Positions 1 through 10,797 are shown, counted from the first letter of the stretch. The stretch is DNA of 18,348 bases from an uncultured delta proteobacterium (GCA_963804955.1 CAWDSQ010000017.1:1-18348), one strand, 5' to 3'. The notes: generated by a model not told the origin, from the letters alone. Program-made: numbers and translations.

Positions 1-1
1 G

Positions 2-569
2 CACTACAGCTTTCTTGTGCGCGCACTGAAAAACGGCGACTACACCATAAAGCCTGCTGAAGTGAAATACTGGGCGCGGGGAGAAGAAAAAGAAAGCACC
101 GCGGCAAGTGGAGAAATCACCTTTAAAGCCGTGCGGTTTGCGCTGGTAGAAAATAATACCACACGTATGTTCATTATCTGCGTGGCGCTGCTGGCCGGTG
201 CGGTTTCCGGCATGGGCTTTGTCGTGCTCAGAAGAAAAAAGGCCCGGAGGCAAAAACAGGCTGCAGGTGGCGAGACCGGGGCAGACACGCAGGCTGCGGA
301 GCTTGCTGCAGATCTGCCGGCAGAGCAGGCTCCAGGGCGACCATGCAGGATTCTGCACAGCAGCCCTCGATCTTGCGCGCATGGTTGCCCCGCAGGACAG
401 CGCTCTTACCGGCACCCTTGCCGCCATGCTTGAAAAAGTGCAGTTCGGCGGGGTTCGGCCGCCGGCCGAAGAAATTGAGCGGCTGCTGCGGCAGCTTGAA
501 AAAAGTTCGGGGGTGCTTCTGTCAGGGAACAAAAAAAACGAGCCCGACTACCAGAAATACTGCAAGTAA
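2..569 (+). CDS. BatD-like (oxygen tolerance family) membrane-anchored protein, 3' part; frameshift near 310-330
   Basis: Beta-strand segment 'YSFLVRALKNGDYTIKPAEVKYW', then a TM helix 'MFIICVALLAGAVSGMGFVVL' followed by RRKK. The helical tail continues in the 198..569 frame ('CRQSRLQGDHAGF...LEKVQFGG...EEIERLLRQLEK'). Directly upstream of moxR. Truncated by the window start. Confidence 0.6.
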
Positions 570-574
570 AACCT

Positions 575-705
575 TTGTGATTGGTTGGATTAGAGTTTTT
601 TAATTTGATTGGTTACTCTGGTTTTAGTATTATTGGCCGCCGGTACAACCCGTCTGCATAGATTACAATACAACAAAAAATTAAACGAATACAATAAACC
701 GAGCA
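575..705. repeat. Degenerate inverted 9-mer array in spacer (GT-rich left arm, AC-rich right arm)
   Basis: Left arm 'gat tggttggat tagagtttt...gat tggttactc tggttttag'; right arm 'caatacaacaaaaaattaaacgaatacaataaacc'. Resembles the clearer arrays at 5074-5187 and 6190-6324. Confidence 0.55.
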
Positions 706-723
706 CTCGTTTGGAGGTTTTCA

Positions 724-1711
724 ATGCAGCCCAATATTCAGGAAATAACCAAAGAGGTTGAAAAGTACGGCCAGCTCACCACCGCCATCAGCGCCGAGGT
801 CAAAAAGGTCATTGTCGGCCAGGATTATCTGATCGAGCGCCTGCTGATCGGGCTTCTGGCCAATGGCCACATTCTCGTGGAGGGCGTGCCGGGGCTGGCA
901 AAAACCACGGCCGTAAAGACACTTGCCCGCAGCTGTCGACACGAGCTTCCAGCGCATCCAGTTCACCCCGGATCTGCTCCCGGCGGACCTCATCGGCACG
1001 CAGATTTACGAGCCCAAAACCGGGAACTTCAATATCAAAAAAGGCCCTCTGTTTTCAACATCATCCTTGCCGATGAAATCAACCGGGCGCCGGCCAAGGT
1101 GCAAAGCGCGCTTCTGGAGGCCATGCAGGAGCGCCAGGTGACAATCGGCGAGACGACCTTCCCCCTTCAGGACCCGTTTCTTGTCATGGCCACGCAGAAC
1201 CCCATCGAGCAGGAAGGCACCTATCCGCTGCCCGAGGCGCAGGTTGACCGCTTCATGCTGAAGCTGCGCATCAACTACCCCAACAAGGCCGAGGAGAAAG
1301 AGATTATCAAGCGCGTTTCCGGCAGTGCCGCATGAAGCCATCAACAAAGTGGCAAACCCGGAGCAGATCCGCAAGGCCCGCGAGGTGGTGGGCAGAATCT
1401 ACATGGATGAAAAGCTTCTGGATTATATCGTGGAGATCGTTTTTGCCACCCGGGAACCCAGGGTGTTCGGCATTGATATCGAGTCGCTCATTCAGTACGG
1501 AGCCTCGCCGCGGGCATCGCTCTATCTTGCTCAGGCGGCAAAAGCCTATGCTTTCCTGCAGGGCCGCGGGTATGTGATCCCGCAGGACATCAAGACCATC
1601 GGCCCGGACGTGCTGCGGCACCGGGTTATCTTGAGCTATGAGGCCGAAGCCGAAGACCTGACATCGGATGACATCATCGCCAGAATATTTGACAATGTGG
1701 AAGTGCCCTAA
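724..1711 (+). CDS. moxR: MoxR-family AAA+ ATPase (frameshifts near 930, 1050 and 1325)
   Basis: GGAGG RBS upstream; 'VIVGQ', Walker A 'EGVPGLAKT', 'FQRIQFTPDLLPADLIGT' (923 frame), Walker B 'IILADEINRAPAKVQSALLEAMQERQVT', 'ATQNPIEQEGTYPLPEAQVDRF', and C-terminal 'GASPRAS...VLRHR' (1325 frame). Confidence 0.95.
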
Positions 1712-1791
1712 TTTATGTGTCAGGTGCTAATTGTCAGCTGATAATCGACAACAGTGACACCACTAGCCAATTAAACCATTGAACTATTATC

Positions 1792-2668
1792 ATGATTTCA
1801 AAAGACGTCTTAAAAAACATCCGCCGCATTCATATCCGCACCAATCATATCGTCAATGATATTTTTGCCGGCGAATATGAAAGCGCGTTCCGCGGCCGCG
1901 GCATGGAGTTTGAGGAAGTGCGCGAATACGCCCCCGGCGACGATGTGCGCGACATCGACTGGAATGTCACGGCCCGCTTCGGCCACCCCTTTGTCAAGGT
2001 CTACCGCGAAGAGCGCGAGCTGACGATCATGCTGCTGGTGGATGTAAGCTCATCCTGCTTTTTCGGCACGCACAAGCGGCTCAAGCAGGAGCTGTGCCGC
2101 CGAGATCGCCTCTGTGCTGGCCTTTGCAGCCACGAAAAGCAATGACAAAGTGGGGCTTATCATTTTCAGCGACCATATCGAAAAGTTCATCCCTCCAAAG
2201 AAGGGCAAAAACCATGTCTGGGCGGTCATCAAAAGCGTGCTTGAGCATCAGCCCGTGTCCCGCAAAACCGATATCGCCGGCGCCCTCAGCTATCTCAACC
2301 GCGTGGCGCGGCGCAAGGCAGTCGCCTTCCTTATCTCCGATTTCATCGCCGCAGATTATGAGAAGCCTTTGCGGGTGGCGGGCAAAAAGCATGATCTCAT
2401 CCCCATCTGCATTACCGACCCGCGCGAGCTTGATCTTCCCAAAGTGGGCCTGGTTGAGCTGCAGGATGCCGAAAGCGGAGAAACCATTCTCATCGATTCC
2501 TCTGATGACGATTTCCGCACCGGCTACGGGCTTCTTGCCCGCAAGCGCCTGCAGGACCGCTTTGACCTCTTTCGGGCATCTGGCATCGATGCCATCGATA
2601 TCCGGACGAATGTTCCCTATATCGATCCGATCATGAAATTCTTCAGAATGCGGGAGAAACGGCTATGA
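1792..2668 (+). CDS. DUF58 family (VWA-like) MoxR-associated protein (frameshift near 2095)
   Basis: 'GEYESAFRGRGMEFEEVREYAPGDDVRDIDWNVTAR...VKVYREERELTIMLLVDVSSS', continuing in the 2114 frame as 'NDKVGLIIFSD...FLISDF...KHDLI...DPRE...DAESGE'. Confidence 0.95.
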
Positions 2669-3911
2669 ACAAATCATCGCTGATTATAAGCATGGCAGGC
2701 CTGTGCATAGCGCAGCCGCTCTGGTGCTGGTGTACACAACCGGCAGCCGGACCGCCCCGGGCCAGGCCTGGACAGCCGAGAACCAGCGGGAGCTTGCAAA
2801 CAAGCTCAAAAGCGCGGGACTGGCGCGTCAGGCAGCGCAGGAATATGAGCAGTATATTCAAGACCGCACGGCTCGAGCCCGGGCAGCTTGCAGGCCTGTG
2901 CTACACCATCGGCAAAATGTGCATGGAGGCCGGCGACTATGAAAAGGCCCTGGCCTGGCTCTACCGCGTGGAGCTTGCCGATCCGCAGACAAAGCTCAAG
3001 GCTGAACTGGGATCAAGCATCATCAACTGCCTTGAGCGCACGGGCCGCCACAGCGCTGCCGAGTATGCCCTGGCAAAACGCACCTCTGCCGCGGATAACG
3101 CCACACGCTCCGGCGGCACCGTGGTCGCTGAAATCGGCAATGACAAGGTATATCTTGAGGATATCAACGAAGCTTTTGACAATCTGCCCGACTGGATGCG
3201 CAAACAGTTCGAAAGCAAACAGCTCAAAAGCTGAATTTGCCAAAAAATATATTGCCGATGAGCTGCTGTTTCGCAAGGCGCTGAAGCTGGAGCTTGATAA
3301 GGATGCCGACATCCGGAAAAAGATGAAGATGGCCCGGCGCGAGCTTATGGTCAACCGCGTGCTTGAGACCGAGCTGAAAGACAAAATTAAGGTCGAGGAA
3401 GATGATCTGAAAAATTACTTACGAAGCGCATAAAGCTGACTATGAGCAGAAAGAAGCCGTAAAGGTAAGCCTGATCGAAGCGGTGAACCGGGAGGCGGCG
3501 GATAAAATATACAAAGAGCTCAAAGGCGGCAGAGATTTTAGCGCCTATGCCAAAGAAATATCCCTGCACAAAAACACGGCCAAAGACGGCGGCCGCTTCC
3601 CCACTTGGGTGCGCAGGGGCGAGGACGATCTCGGGATCGGCAGCACAGAGGCTGTTGGAAAAGTACTTTTTAATGCAAAGCAGGGGGAGCTCACCCAGCC
3701 CGTGCAGGCTGGCGAAAACTGGTTTGTATTCCGGATCGAGGACACGCGGGCTGCGCAGCCCACAACCTATGATGAAGCAAAAGAGCGGGTAAAAAATGAC
3801 TACTCCATGCAGAAGCTCAAAAGCTCCTACCAGAGCCTGCTTGAGCAGACCCTCAAAAGCTCGGATGTAAAGCTGCACCTTGAGGCGGTTACGGGTGAGC
3901 AGAAGAAATAA
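2665..3911 (+). CDS. Exported TPR + SurA/PrsA-like N-domain + PpiC (parvulin)-fold foldase (frameshifts near 2720, 2855, 3225 and 3420)
   Basis: ATGA overlap with the DUF58 stop; hydrophobic N-terminus; TPR-like 'LCYTIGKMCMEAGDYEKALAWLYRVELADP'; 'VVAEIGNDKVYLEDI', 'YIADELLFRKALKLELDKD'; parvulin-like 'GRDFSAYAKEIS...KDGGRF...GELTQPVQ...FVFRI'. Confidence 0.85.
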
Positions 3912-3949
3912 AAGGTTGCAGGCAATCCGTCACGGGAATTTAACTATTA

Positions 3950-5089
3950 ATGAACAATAGCTATAATAGTCAGAGTATCCATTCTGTCATTCCGGCTTGT
4001 CCGGAATCTTTACACTGCGGCGCAGAGAATACTCCACCACGGCGGACTGGAAGGACTGGACATCGTGCGTCTAGATGTAGGGTGCGCATTGCGCACCATC
4101 TTATGTCGGATTTCAATTTTGGTGCGCAATGCGCACCCTACTTGTTCTGTATCCTGCTCGCATGTTGCGCCTGCTCATCTAAAGAACAGCGCACAAACAA
4201 AAATTCGTTCCCCCGCCGGTTGAGATCAGCGCCCAGACCGACCGCACCACGGCCACCCTCTCGGAATCCGTCACATTTACGCTCAGCGCCCACTATGACA
4301 AAAACATTGACGGTGAAGCTGCCTGAAGTAGGCACGCAGATTGCCGGCCTGCGCATAACCGACTTTGGCGAAGAAGGCCCCAAAGAAATCGATAACCGGC
4401 TGGTGCATAAAAAATGGTATAAGCTTCAGGCCGACATTGCAGGTTCCTATATCATCCCCGCACAGGTCGTATCGTATGCCGGAGATAACGGCACGCGGGA
4501 GCTCAAAACGCCGCAGATATTCATTGAGGTTAAGTCGTCGCTCAAGCCGGGTCCTGATGCGCTGAAAGACATTATCGACATCAAAACGCTTGAAGAAGTT
4601 CCGTTCAACTGGCGGCCCTATATCTGGGCAGGCTGCGCCGCAGTGGTGGTTATCTGTCTCGGCGCCGGCGGCTTCATGTATTACCGTAAACGCAAAAAGA
4701 AAGCGGCCGTGCTGAAAAGGCCCGCTCACATAATCGCCCTTGAAGAAATGGAAAAACTCAAAAGCGAGCATCTCATCGAAAAAGGCATTGTGCGCGAGCA
4801 CTATTTCAGGCTCTCGGATATTTTCAGGCACTATATCGAGAACAGGTTTTCCATACCGGCCGTTGAGCAGACCACGCAGGAGCTGCTGCCCGAAATCATG
4901 CGCCTTGATGCCATGCACACAACTGCTAAATCAGGCGCCCGGGATTTCTTGCACCATTCCGACATGGTGAAATTCGCAAAGTATGTGCCTGCTGAAGATG
5001 AAGTAACGCTGAACGAACAGAATGTTGTCCGGATAATCGACGAAACAAAAATAGAAGAAGTTCTGCAAAACAGCAGTTCGATTAGCTGA
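3950..5089 (+). CDS. BatD-like/DUF4381-like lipoprotein of the Bat operon (start uncertain: 3950 or 4103; compensating frameshifts about 4190-4310)
   Basis: Lipobox-like 'LFCILLACCACSSKE'. An alternate frame at about 4216-4310 reads 'PVEISAQTDRTTATLSESVTFTLSAHYDKNID' (BatD-type N-terminus). Then 'LKDIIDIK', TM helix 'YIWAGCAAVVVICLGAGGFMYYRKRKKK', and the conserved tail 'AHIIALEEMEKL...YFRLSDIFRHYIENRF...EQTTQE...DMVKFAKY'. Confidence 0.8.
   Translation: MNNSYNSQSIHSVIPACPESLHCGAENTPPRRTGRTGHRASRCRVRIAHHLMSDFNFGAQCAPYLFCILLACCACSSKEQRTNKNSFPRRLRSAPRPTAPRPPSRNPSHLRSAPTMTKTLTVKLPEVGTQIAGLRITDFGEEGPKEIDNRLVHKKWYKLQADIAGSYIIPAQVVSYAGDNGTRELKTPQIFIEVKSSLKPGPDALKDIIDIKTLEEVPFNWRPYIWAGCAAVVVICLGAGGFMYYRKRKKKAAVLKRPAHIIALEEMEKLKSEHLIEKGIVREHYFRLSDIFRHYIENRFSIPAVEQTTQELLPEIMRLDAMHTTAKSGARDFLHHSDMVKFAKYVPAEDEVTLNEQNVVRIIDETKIEEVLQNSSSIS
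3986..4008. repeat. Single arm of a GTCA-type REP-like palindrome
   Basis: GTCATTCCGGCTTGTCCGGAATC forms a TTCCGG/CCGGAA hairpin; similar to the arms at 10547-10615. Confidence 0.7.
4077..4141. repeat. GTAG-family REP doublet (REPIN-like)
   Basis: Perfect 22-bp inverted repeat GTAGGGTGCGCATTGCGCACCA (4077-4098) / TGGTGCGCAATGCGCACCCTAC (4120-4141) with a 21-bp spacer. Each arm is itself a hairpin with the GTAG tetranucleotide foot. Confidence 0.9.
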
Positions 5090-5187
5090 ATTGTTTCAAT
5101 TAGTTGTATTGGTTAAAAGCACCCAAACCAATCAAACGAATTGAACTAATCGAACCAATAGAACTAATAAAACCAATTAAACAGTTT
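5074..5187. repeat. Inverted array of degenerate 9-mers (TRGTTNNAT x5, then NAACYAATN x7)
   Basis: Left: cagttcgat tagctgaat tgtttcaat tagttgtat tggttaaaa. Right: aaaccaatc aaacgaatt gaactaatc gaaccaata gaactaata aaaccaatt aaacagttt. Confidence 0.9.
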
Positions 5188-5189
5188 TT

Positions 5190-6185
5190 ATGCTCCGTTT
5201 TCAATCACCCTGGCTGCTTCTGCTGCTTGCCGTCATCCCGCTCATGGGATGGTACGGGCTGCGGCGTTTTGCAAGCGCGCAGATCAGGTTTTCATCGCTT
5301 CATGTGCTCGGGCAGCTAAAAACCCCGAAAACTCTCCTGTGGCGCAAGGGGCTTGTGTTTGTGCGCTGCGCGGCAATGGCGCTTTTTATCCTGGCCCTTG
5401 CCCGGCCCCAGTCGGGCATTAAGTCTACCGAGATATCGACCGAAGGCGTCGATATCATGCTGTGCCTGGACACCTCGGGCAGCATGCAGGCCCTGGATTT
5501 CAAGGAAGACGGCAACCGTGTGCCGCGCCTGCAGGTGGTGAAGCGCGTTGTGAACGATTTCATCAAGGGTCGCAAGAACGACCGTATCGGCATGGTGGTA
5601 TTCGGCCAGGAGGCCTTCACCCAGTGCCCGCTCACGCTTGACTACGGCGTGCTCTTGAGCTTTCTTGAAAAAGTCCAAATCGGCATGGCGGGCGACTCAA
5701 CGGCAATCGGTTCGGCACTGGCCGTCTGCGTAAAAAGGCTCAAAGACCTTCAGTCGAAATCAAAGGTTATTATTCTCCTGACCGATGGACGCCACAATGC
5801 CGGCAGCGTAACGCCCCCCACGGCAGCCGATATTGCAAAATCCTTCAACATCAAAATCTACACTATCGGCGTGGGCACGGAAGGCGAAGCGCCGTTTCTC
5901 GTGGATTCATTCTTCGGCAAGCAGTATGTTTATCAGAAAGTCGACCTGGATGAAGACACGCTCAAGGACGTGGCAAACCGCACGGGTGGAAAATACTTCA
6001 GGGCAACAAATACGGAAGCCCTTGAAAATATTTACAAGCAGATCGACGCCATGGAAAAAACCGAGGTGAAGCTCAAGGAGTACATGGAATATGAAGAGCT
6101 GTTCGGCTGGTTTCTCATTCCGGGGCTTGTGCTGCTGCTTCTGGAAATACTGTTGGCAAACACGCGACTCAGAAAAATACCCTGA
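5190..6185 (+). CDS. batA: BatA-like VWA domain membrane protein
   Basis: Intact 331-aa ORF; 'MLRFQSPWLLLLL', 'LALARPQ', MIDAS 'DTSGS', 'DRIGMVVFG...QCPLTLDY', 'TAIGSAL', 'ILLTDG', 'IYTIGVG', and C-terminal TM ending 'TRLRKIP'. Confidence 0.93.
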   Translation: MLRFQSPWLLLLLAVIPLMGWYGLRRFASAQIRFSSLHVLGQLKTPKTLLWRKGLVFVRCAAMALFILALARPQSGIKSTEISTEGVDIMLCLDTSGSMQALDFKEDGNRVPRLQVVKRVVNDFIKGRKNDRIGMVVFGQEAFTQCPLTLDYGVLLSFLEKVQIGMAGDSTAIGSALAVCVKRLKDLQSKSKVIILLTDGRHNAGSVTPPTAADIAKSFNIKIYTIGVGTEGEAPFLVDSFFGKQYVYQKVDLDEDTLKDVANRTGGKYFRATNTEALENIYKQIDAMEKTEVKLKEYMEYEELFGWFLIPGLVLLLLEILLANTRLRKIP

Positions 6186-6189
6186 AACC

Positions 6190-6324
6190 AGGTTCGTTAG
6201 TTGGATTAGTTTAATTGGTTTGATTAGTTGATGGGGAAAACACTTGGAAGTTTAATTTTCTCAACCAACAGAACTAACTTAACCAATACAACTAATTAAA
6301 CCAATGTAACCAATAAAACTGTTT
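6190..6324. repeat. Inverted array of degenerate 9-mers, same consensus as 5074-5187
   Basis: Left: aggttcgt tagttggat tagtttaat tggtttgat tagttgatg. Right: caaccaaca gaactaact taaccaata caactaatt aaaccaatg taaccaata aaactgttt. Confidence 0.9.
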
Positions 6325-6327
6325 TAT

Positions 6328-7340
6328 ATGGACTTCGGCAATCTAACATATCTGTTTCTGCTCTGGCTCATACCGGCGCTGGTATTCTTCTTCATGTATT
6401 CGTTCATGAAGAAGCAGCGCTGCATTCAGGAATTCTGCGGGCCCGACCTGAGCCGGAAGCTGCTTCCCGCAGGTGCAGCGGGGCCGCCAGAAGCTGAAGG
6501 CTCTTCTCGTCATTCTTGCCGTTCTGTTTCTTATCATGGCGCTGGTGCGCCCGCGCTGGGGCTTTCACTGGGAAGATATCAAGCGCACCGGCGTTGATGT
6601 CATGGTGGCGGTCGACGTATCCAAAAGCATGCTCGCCCGGGACATAGAGCCCAGCCGCCTCGAGCGCGCCAAGCGCAAGGTGCAGGACCTTGTGAAAATG
6701 CTTGAGGGCGACCGCATCGGCCTCATAGCCTTTGCAGGCGCCAGTTTCGTGCAGTGCCCGCTCACGCTCGACTACGGCGCGTTCAGCATGTTCCTTGACT
6801 ATCTCTCGCCCGATCTGATTCCCGTGCCCGGCACGGCCATCGGCGATGCGATCAGAAAAGCCGTTGAATCCTTCAGCCGGCAGGAGCGCACTGCAAAAGC
6901 GCTCATCCTCATCACCGACGGCGAAGACCATGACAGCAAGCCACTTGAAGCTGCCGAGCTTGCAAAAAAAGAGGGCGTGCGGATATTTACCATCGGCATC
7001 GGCAAAGAGGACGCGGGCGCGCCTATCCCCGCAGGCGACGGCTCCGGGGGGTTTCATGAAAGACCGGCAGGGCAATATGATCATGAGCAAACTTGATGAA
7101 AAGACCCTGCAGAAAATCGCCCTTGAAACAGGCGGCAGCTATGTGCGCTCGGTCACGGGAGACATGGACCTTGAGGCAATATACAAAAATGAGATTCGAA
7201 AAAGCATGGAGCAGAAAGAGCTGACCTCAACGCGCAAGAAGCGCTGGGAAGAACGTTTTCAGTGGTTCCTTGCCGCCGCCGTGCTCCTGCTGCTTGCCGA
7301 ATTCTTTATCCGCGAAAAAAGCACTGCCAAAGCCCAGTGA
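6328..7340 (+). CDS. batB: BatB-like VWA domain membrane protein (frameshifts near 6470 and 7050)
   Basis: 'MDFGNLTYLFLLWLIP', 'ALVRPRWG', MIDAS 'DVSKSMLARDIEPSRLERAK', 'GDRIGLIAFAG...QCPLTLDY', 'LITDGEDH', 'SKLDEKTLQKIALETGGSY', 'ERFQWFL'. Confidence 0.92.
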
Positions 7341-7415
7341 AATAGCCTTTAGGGCATTTATCTAAATACTGTAGCGTTCATAATAAACGCGTGTTACGAA
7401 GAATACAAACATCTC

Positions 7416-7507
7416 CCGTTCGGCTTGTCCTGAGTCATGTCGAAGGATCGAAGGGGATTGATCAAAGCGCGACTTTCCGTTAATGGTTCGACAAGCTCAC
7501 CACGAAC
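7416..7507. repeat. Palindromic dispersed element of the 'CTGAG..TGTCGAAG / TTCGACAAGCTCA' type
   Basis: 'gttcggcttgtcctgagtcatgtcgaaggatcgaagggg...gcgactttccgttaatggttcgacaagctcaccacgaac' has complementary ends and lies between convergent genes. A degenerate sibling is at 15698-15765. Confidence 0.7.
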
Positions 7508-7593
7508 TAGATCCCCATGCATATGGAATGCGGCTGCAAAATAAAAAATGTTCTAGCCAGAAACAGTGCCACCGTCTATACCGGCCGCTGGTG

Positions 7594-9487
<1,894 letters not shown>

Positions 9488-9728
9488 ACTAATCCTTTGT
9501 ATACGTTTGGGGGGCCCGGCACATGGGCACTTCACACGAGATGTACGGAGTATTTTTCAGTGTATGCCATGTCAGGCTGGATTGCAAATATCCTCTTAAA
9601 ATCAAAAAACATGCGGCACTTCGCCAGCCTGCCCGCACGGTCGCAATATGTACAAGACCTTGCAAACAGCAGCCCATAAGTGTACATACTAAATAAAAAA
9701 CTCCACAAAAGTGGGCTAAAGGGAATTT

Positions 9729-9801
9729 CCCCCTTTTAACAAAGGGGGTGACGGGGATTTATCCGGATGCCCCCCCTGTATCCTCATTTTTCAAAGGGGG
9801 A
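9729..9801. repeat. Inverted pair of 'CCCCCTTT-N-AAAGGGGG' palindromic elements
   Basis: 'cccccttttaacaaagggggtgacggggattt' followed by a degenerate inverted copy 'cccccctgtatcctcatttttcaaaggggga', in the divergent uup/yecA-like spacer. Confidence 0.7.
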
Positions 9802-9939
9802 TGAAACATGCTTCTTTTTTCGTATTAAATTAATAGTGCCCCTTTATATACGGGAGGGTGTACTGATCATGGCTACAATCCCAACTGCGCGTTCCAGCGC
9901 TCCGGGGGCATAATCACGTATTGAGGAAAGGAAATTTGT

Positions 9940-10509
9940 ATGCTGTCGATTGAAAAAATAAATCATCTCGATGAACTGCTTGAAAAATCCGGCCAGGAAA
10001 CCATGAATGTTGAAGAGCTGCACGGGCTGCTGACCGCCATAGCCTGCGGCCCGGTTGAAGTAAAGCCCGAGGAGTGGCTGCCGCTGGTTTTCCTGCGCGA
10101 AAAAGGCCTGCCACGCCTGGCGTCCCCGGCGCAGCTTACCGAGCTGAAAAAGCTCCTCGCCGATTTTTATGCCGATGTGGTCAAAGACCTTGATGCCAAT
10201 GAATTCGCTCCGCTCATTGCCGCTGTAGAAGAAGAGGAGGAGGATTTCCTCGATCCCGGCTACTGGTGCTCCGGGTTCATGGTGGGGGCGCGGTTTGCGC
10301 CCGAGGCCTGGCATGACGAAACCGACACCGTGCTGCATGAACTGCTTGCGCCCATCGTTTTTCTCTCCGATCCCGAAGAAGTGTATGAGGGAATGGAGGA
10401 AAAATCAGACGAGGAAAAGCAGGACGTTGAAGAAGAGTTTATGGATAAAATTTCCGATGTGGTGCCAAAAATTCGGGCCCACTTTAAAACAAAACGCCCA
10501 AAGCAATAA
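9940..10509 (+). CDS. YecA/UPF0149 family protein (no SEC-C tail)
   Basis: GAGGAAAGGA RBS; 'MNVEELHGLLTAIACGPVEVKPEEWLPLVF', 'WCSGFMVGARFAPEAW', 'LLAPIVFL'; acidic, 189 aa. Confidence 0.9.
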   Translation: MLSIEKINHLDELLEKSGQETMNVEELHGLLTAIACGPVEVKPEEWLPLVFLREKGLPRLASPAQLTELKKLLADFYADVVKDLDANEFAPLIAAVEEEEEDFLDPGYWCSGFMVGARFAPEAWHDETDTVLHELLAPIVFLSDPEEVYEGMEEKSDEEKQDVEEEFMDKISDVVPKIRAHFKTKRPKQ

Positions 10510-10546
10510 ACCACACCGCCGCTAGCAGAGGGAATTGAAGTTGTTT

Positions 10547-10615
10547 CGTCATGCCGGACTTGATCCGGCATCCAGTCTGATTTTTTTCTTGATTCCGGCT
10601 TTCGCCGGAATGACG
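10547..10615. repeat. CGTC-type REP-like doublet
   Basis: CGTCATGCCGGACTTGATCCGGCATCC ... GATTCCGGCTTTCGCCGGAATGACG: two hairpin arms in inverted orientation with CGTC/GACG feet. Confidence 0.85.
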
Positions 10616-10671
10616 GGATACGTGGCAAGCCGCAAGGGGTTGCACCCGAAGTACATAAAACAGCCCCATAC

Positions 10672-10708
10672 AAAGGCCCGTAACCTATCTGGTTGCGGGG
10701 CTTTTTTC
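10672..10708 (+). terminator. Probable intrinsic terminator downstream of the yecA-like gene
   Basis: aaaggcccgtaacc-tatct-ggttgcggggc followed by a T7 tract. Confidence 0.7.
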
Positions 10709-10769
10709 ATGCGCGTTTCGCCCGGGCCGCGTTTCCGTAGTTTCCAAGCCTTTCTCAAACAATTTTATG

Positions 10770-10797
10770 TTGACACAAACCCGCATTGGGCTATAGG
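10770..10797 (+). promoter_or_regulatory. Possible sigma70 promoter for the LRR gene
   Basis: Perfect TTGACA at 10770-10775 and TATAGG 16 bp later, in an AT-rich region about 50 bp upstream of the ATG. The -10 match is imperfect. Confidence 0.35.

Noticed and set aside
5104..5319. ORF with periodic peptide PIKRIELIEPIELIKPIK
   Set aside because: Translation by-product of the 9-mer array; overlaps batA out of frame and has no RBS.
5074..6324. 9-mer arrays as CRISPR arrays
   Set aside because: No 23-47-bp identical repeats with unique spacers, and no cas genes.
10620..10710. Cyclic-di-GMP riboswitch upstream of the LRR gene
   Set aside because: Lacks the GGCAAAC/GAAA/GACGCAAAG core; better explained by a repeat flank plus terminator.
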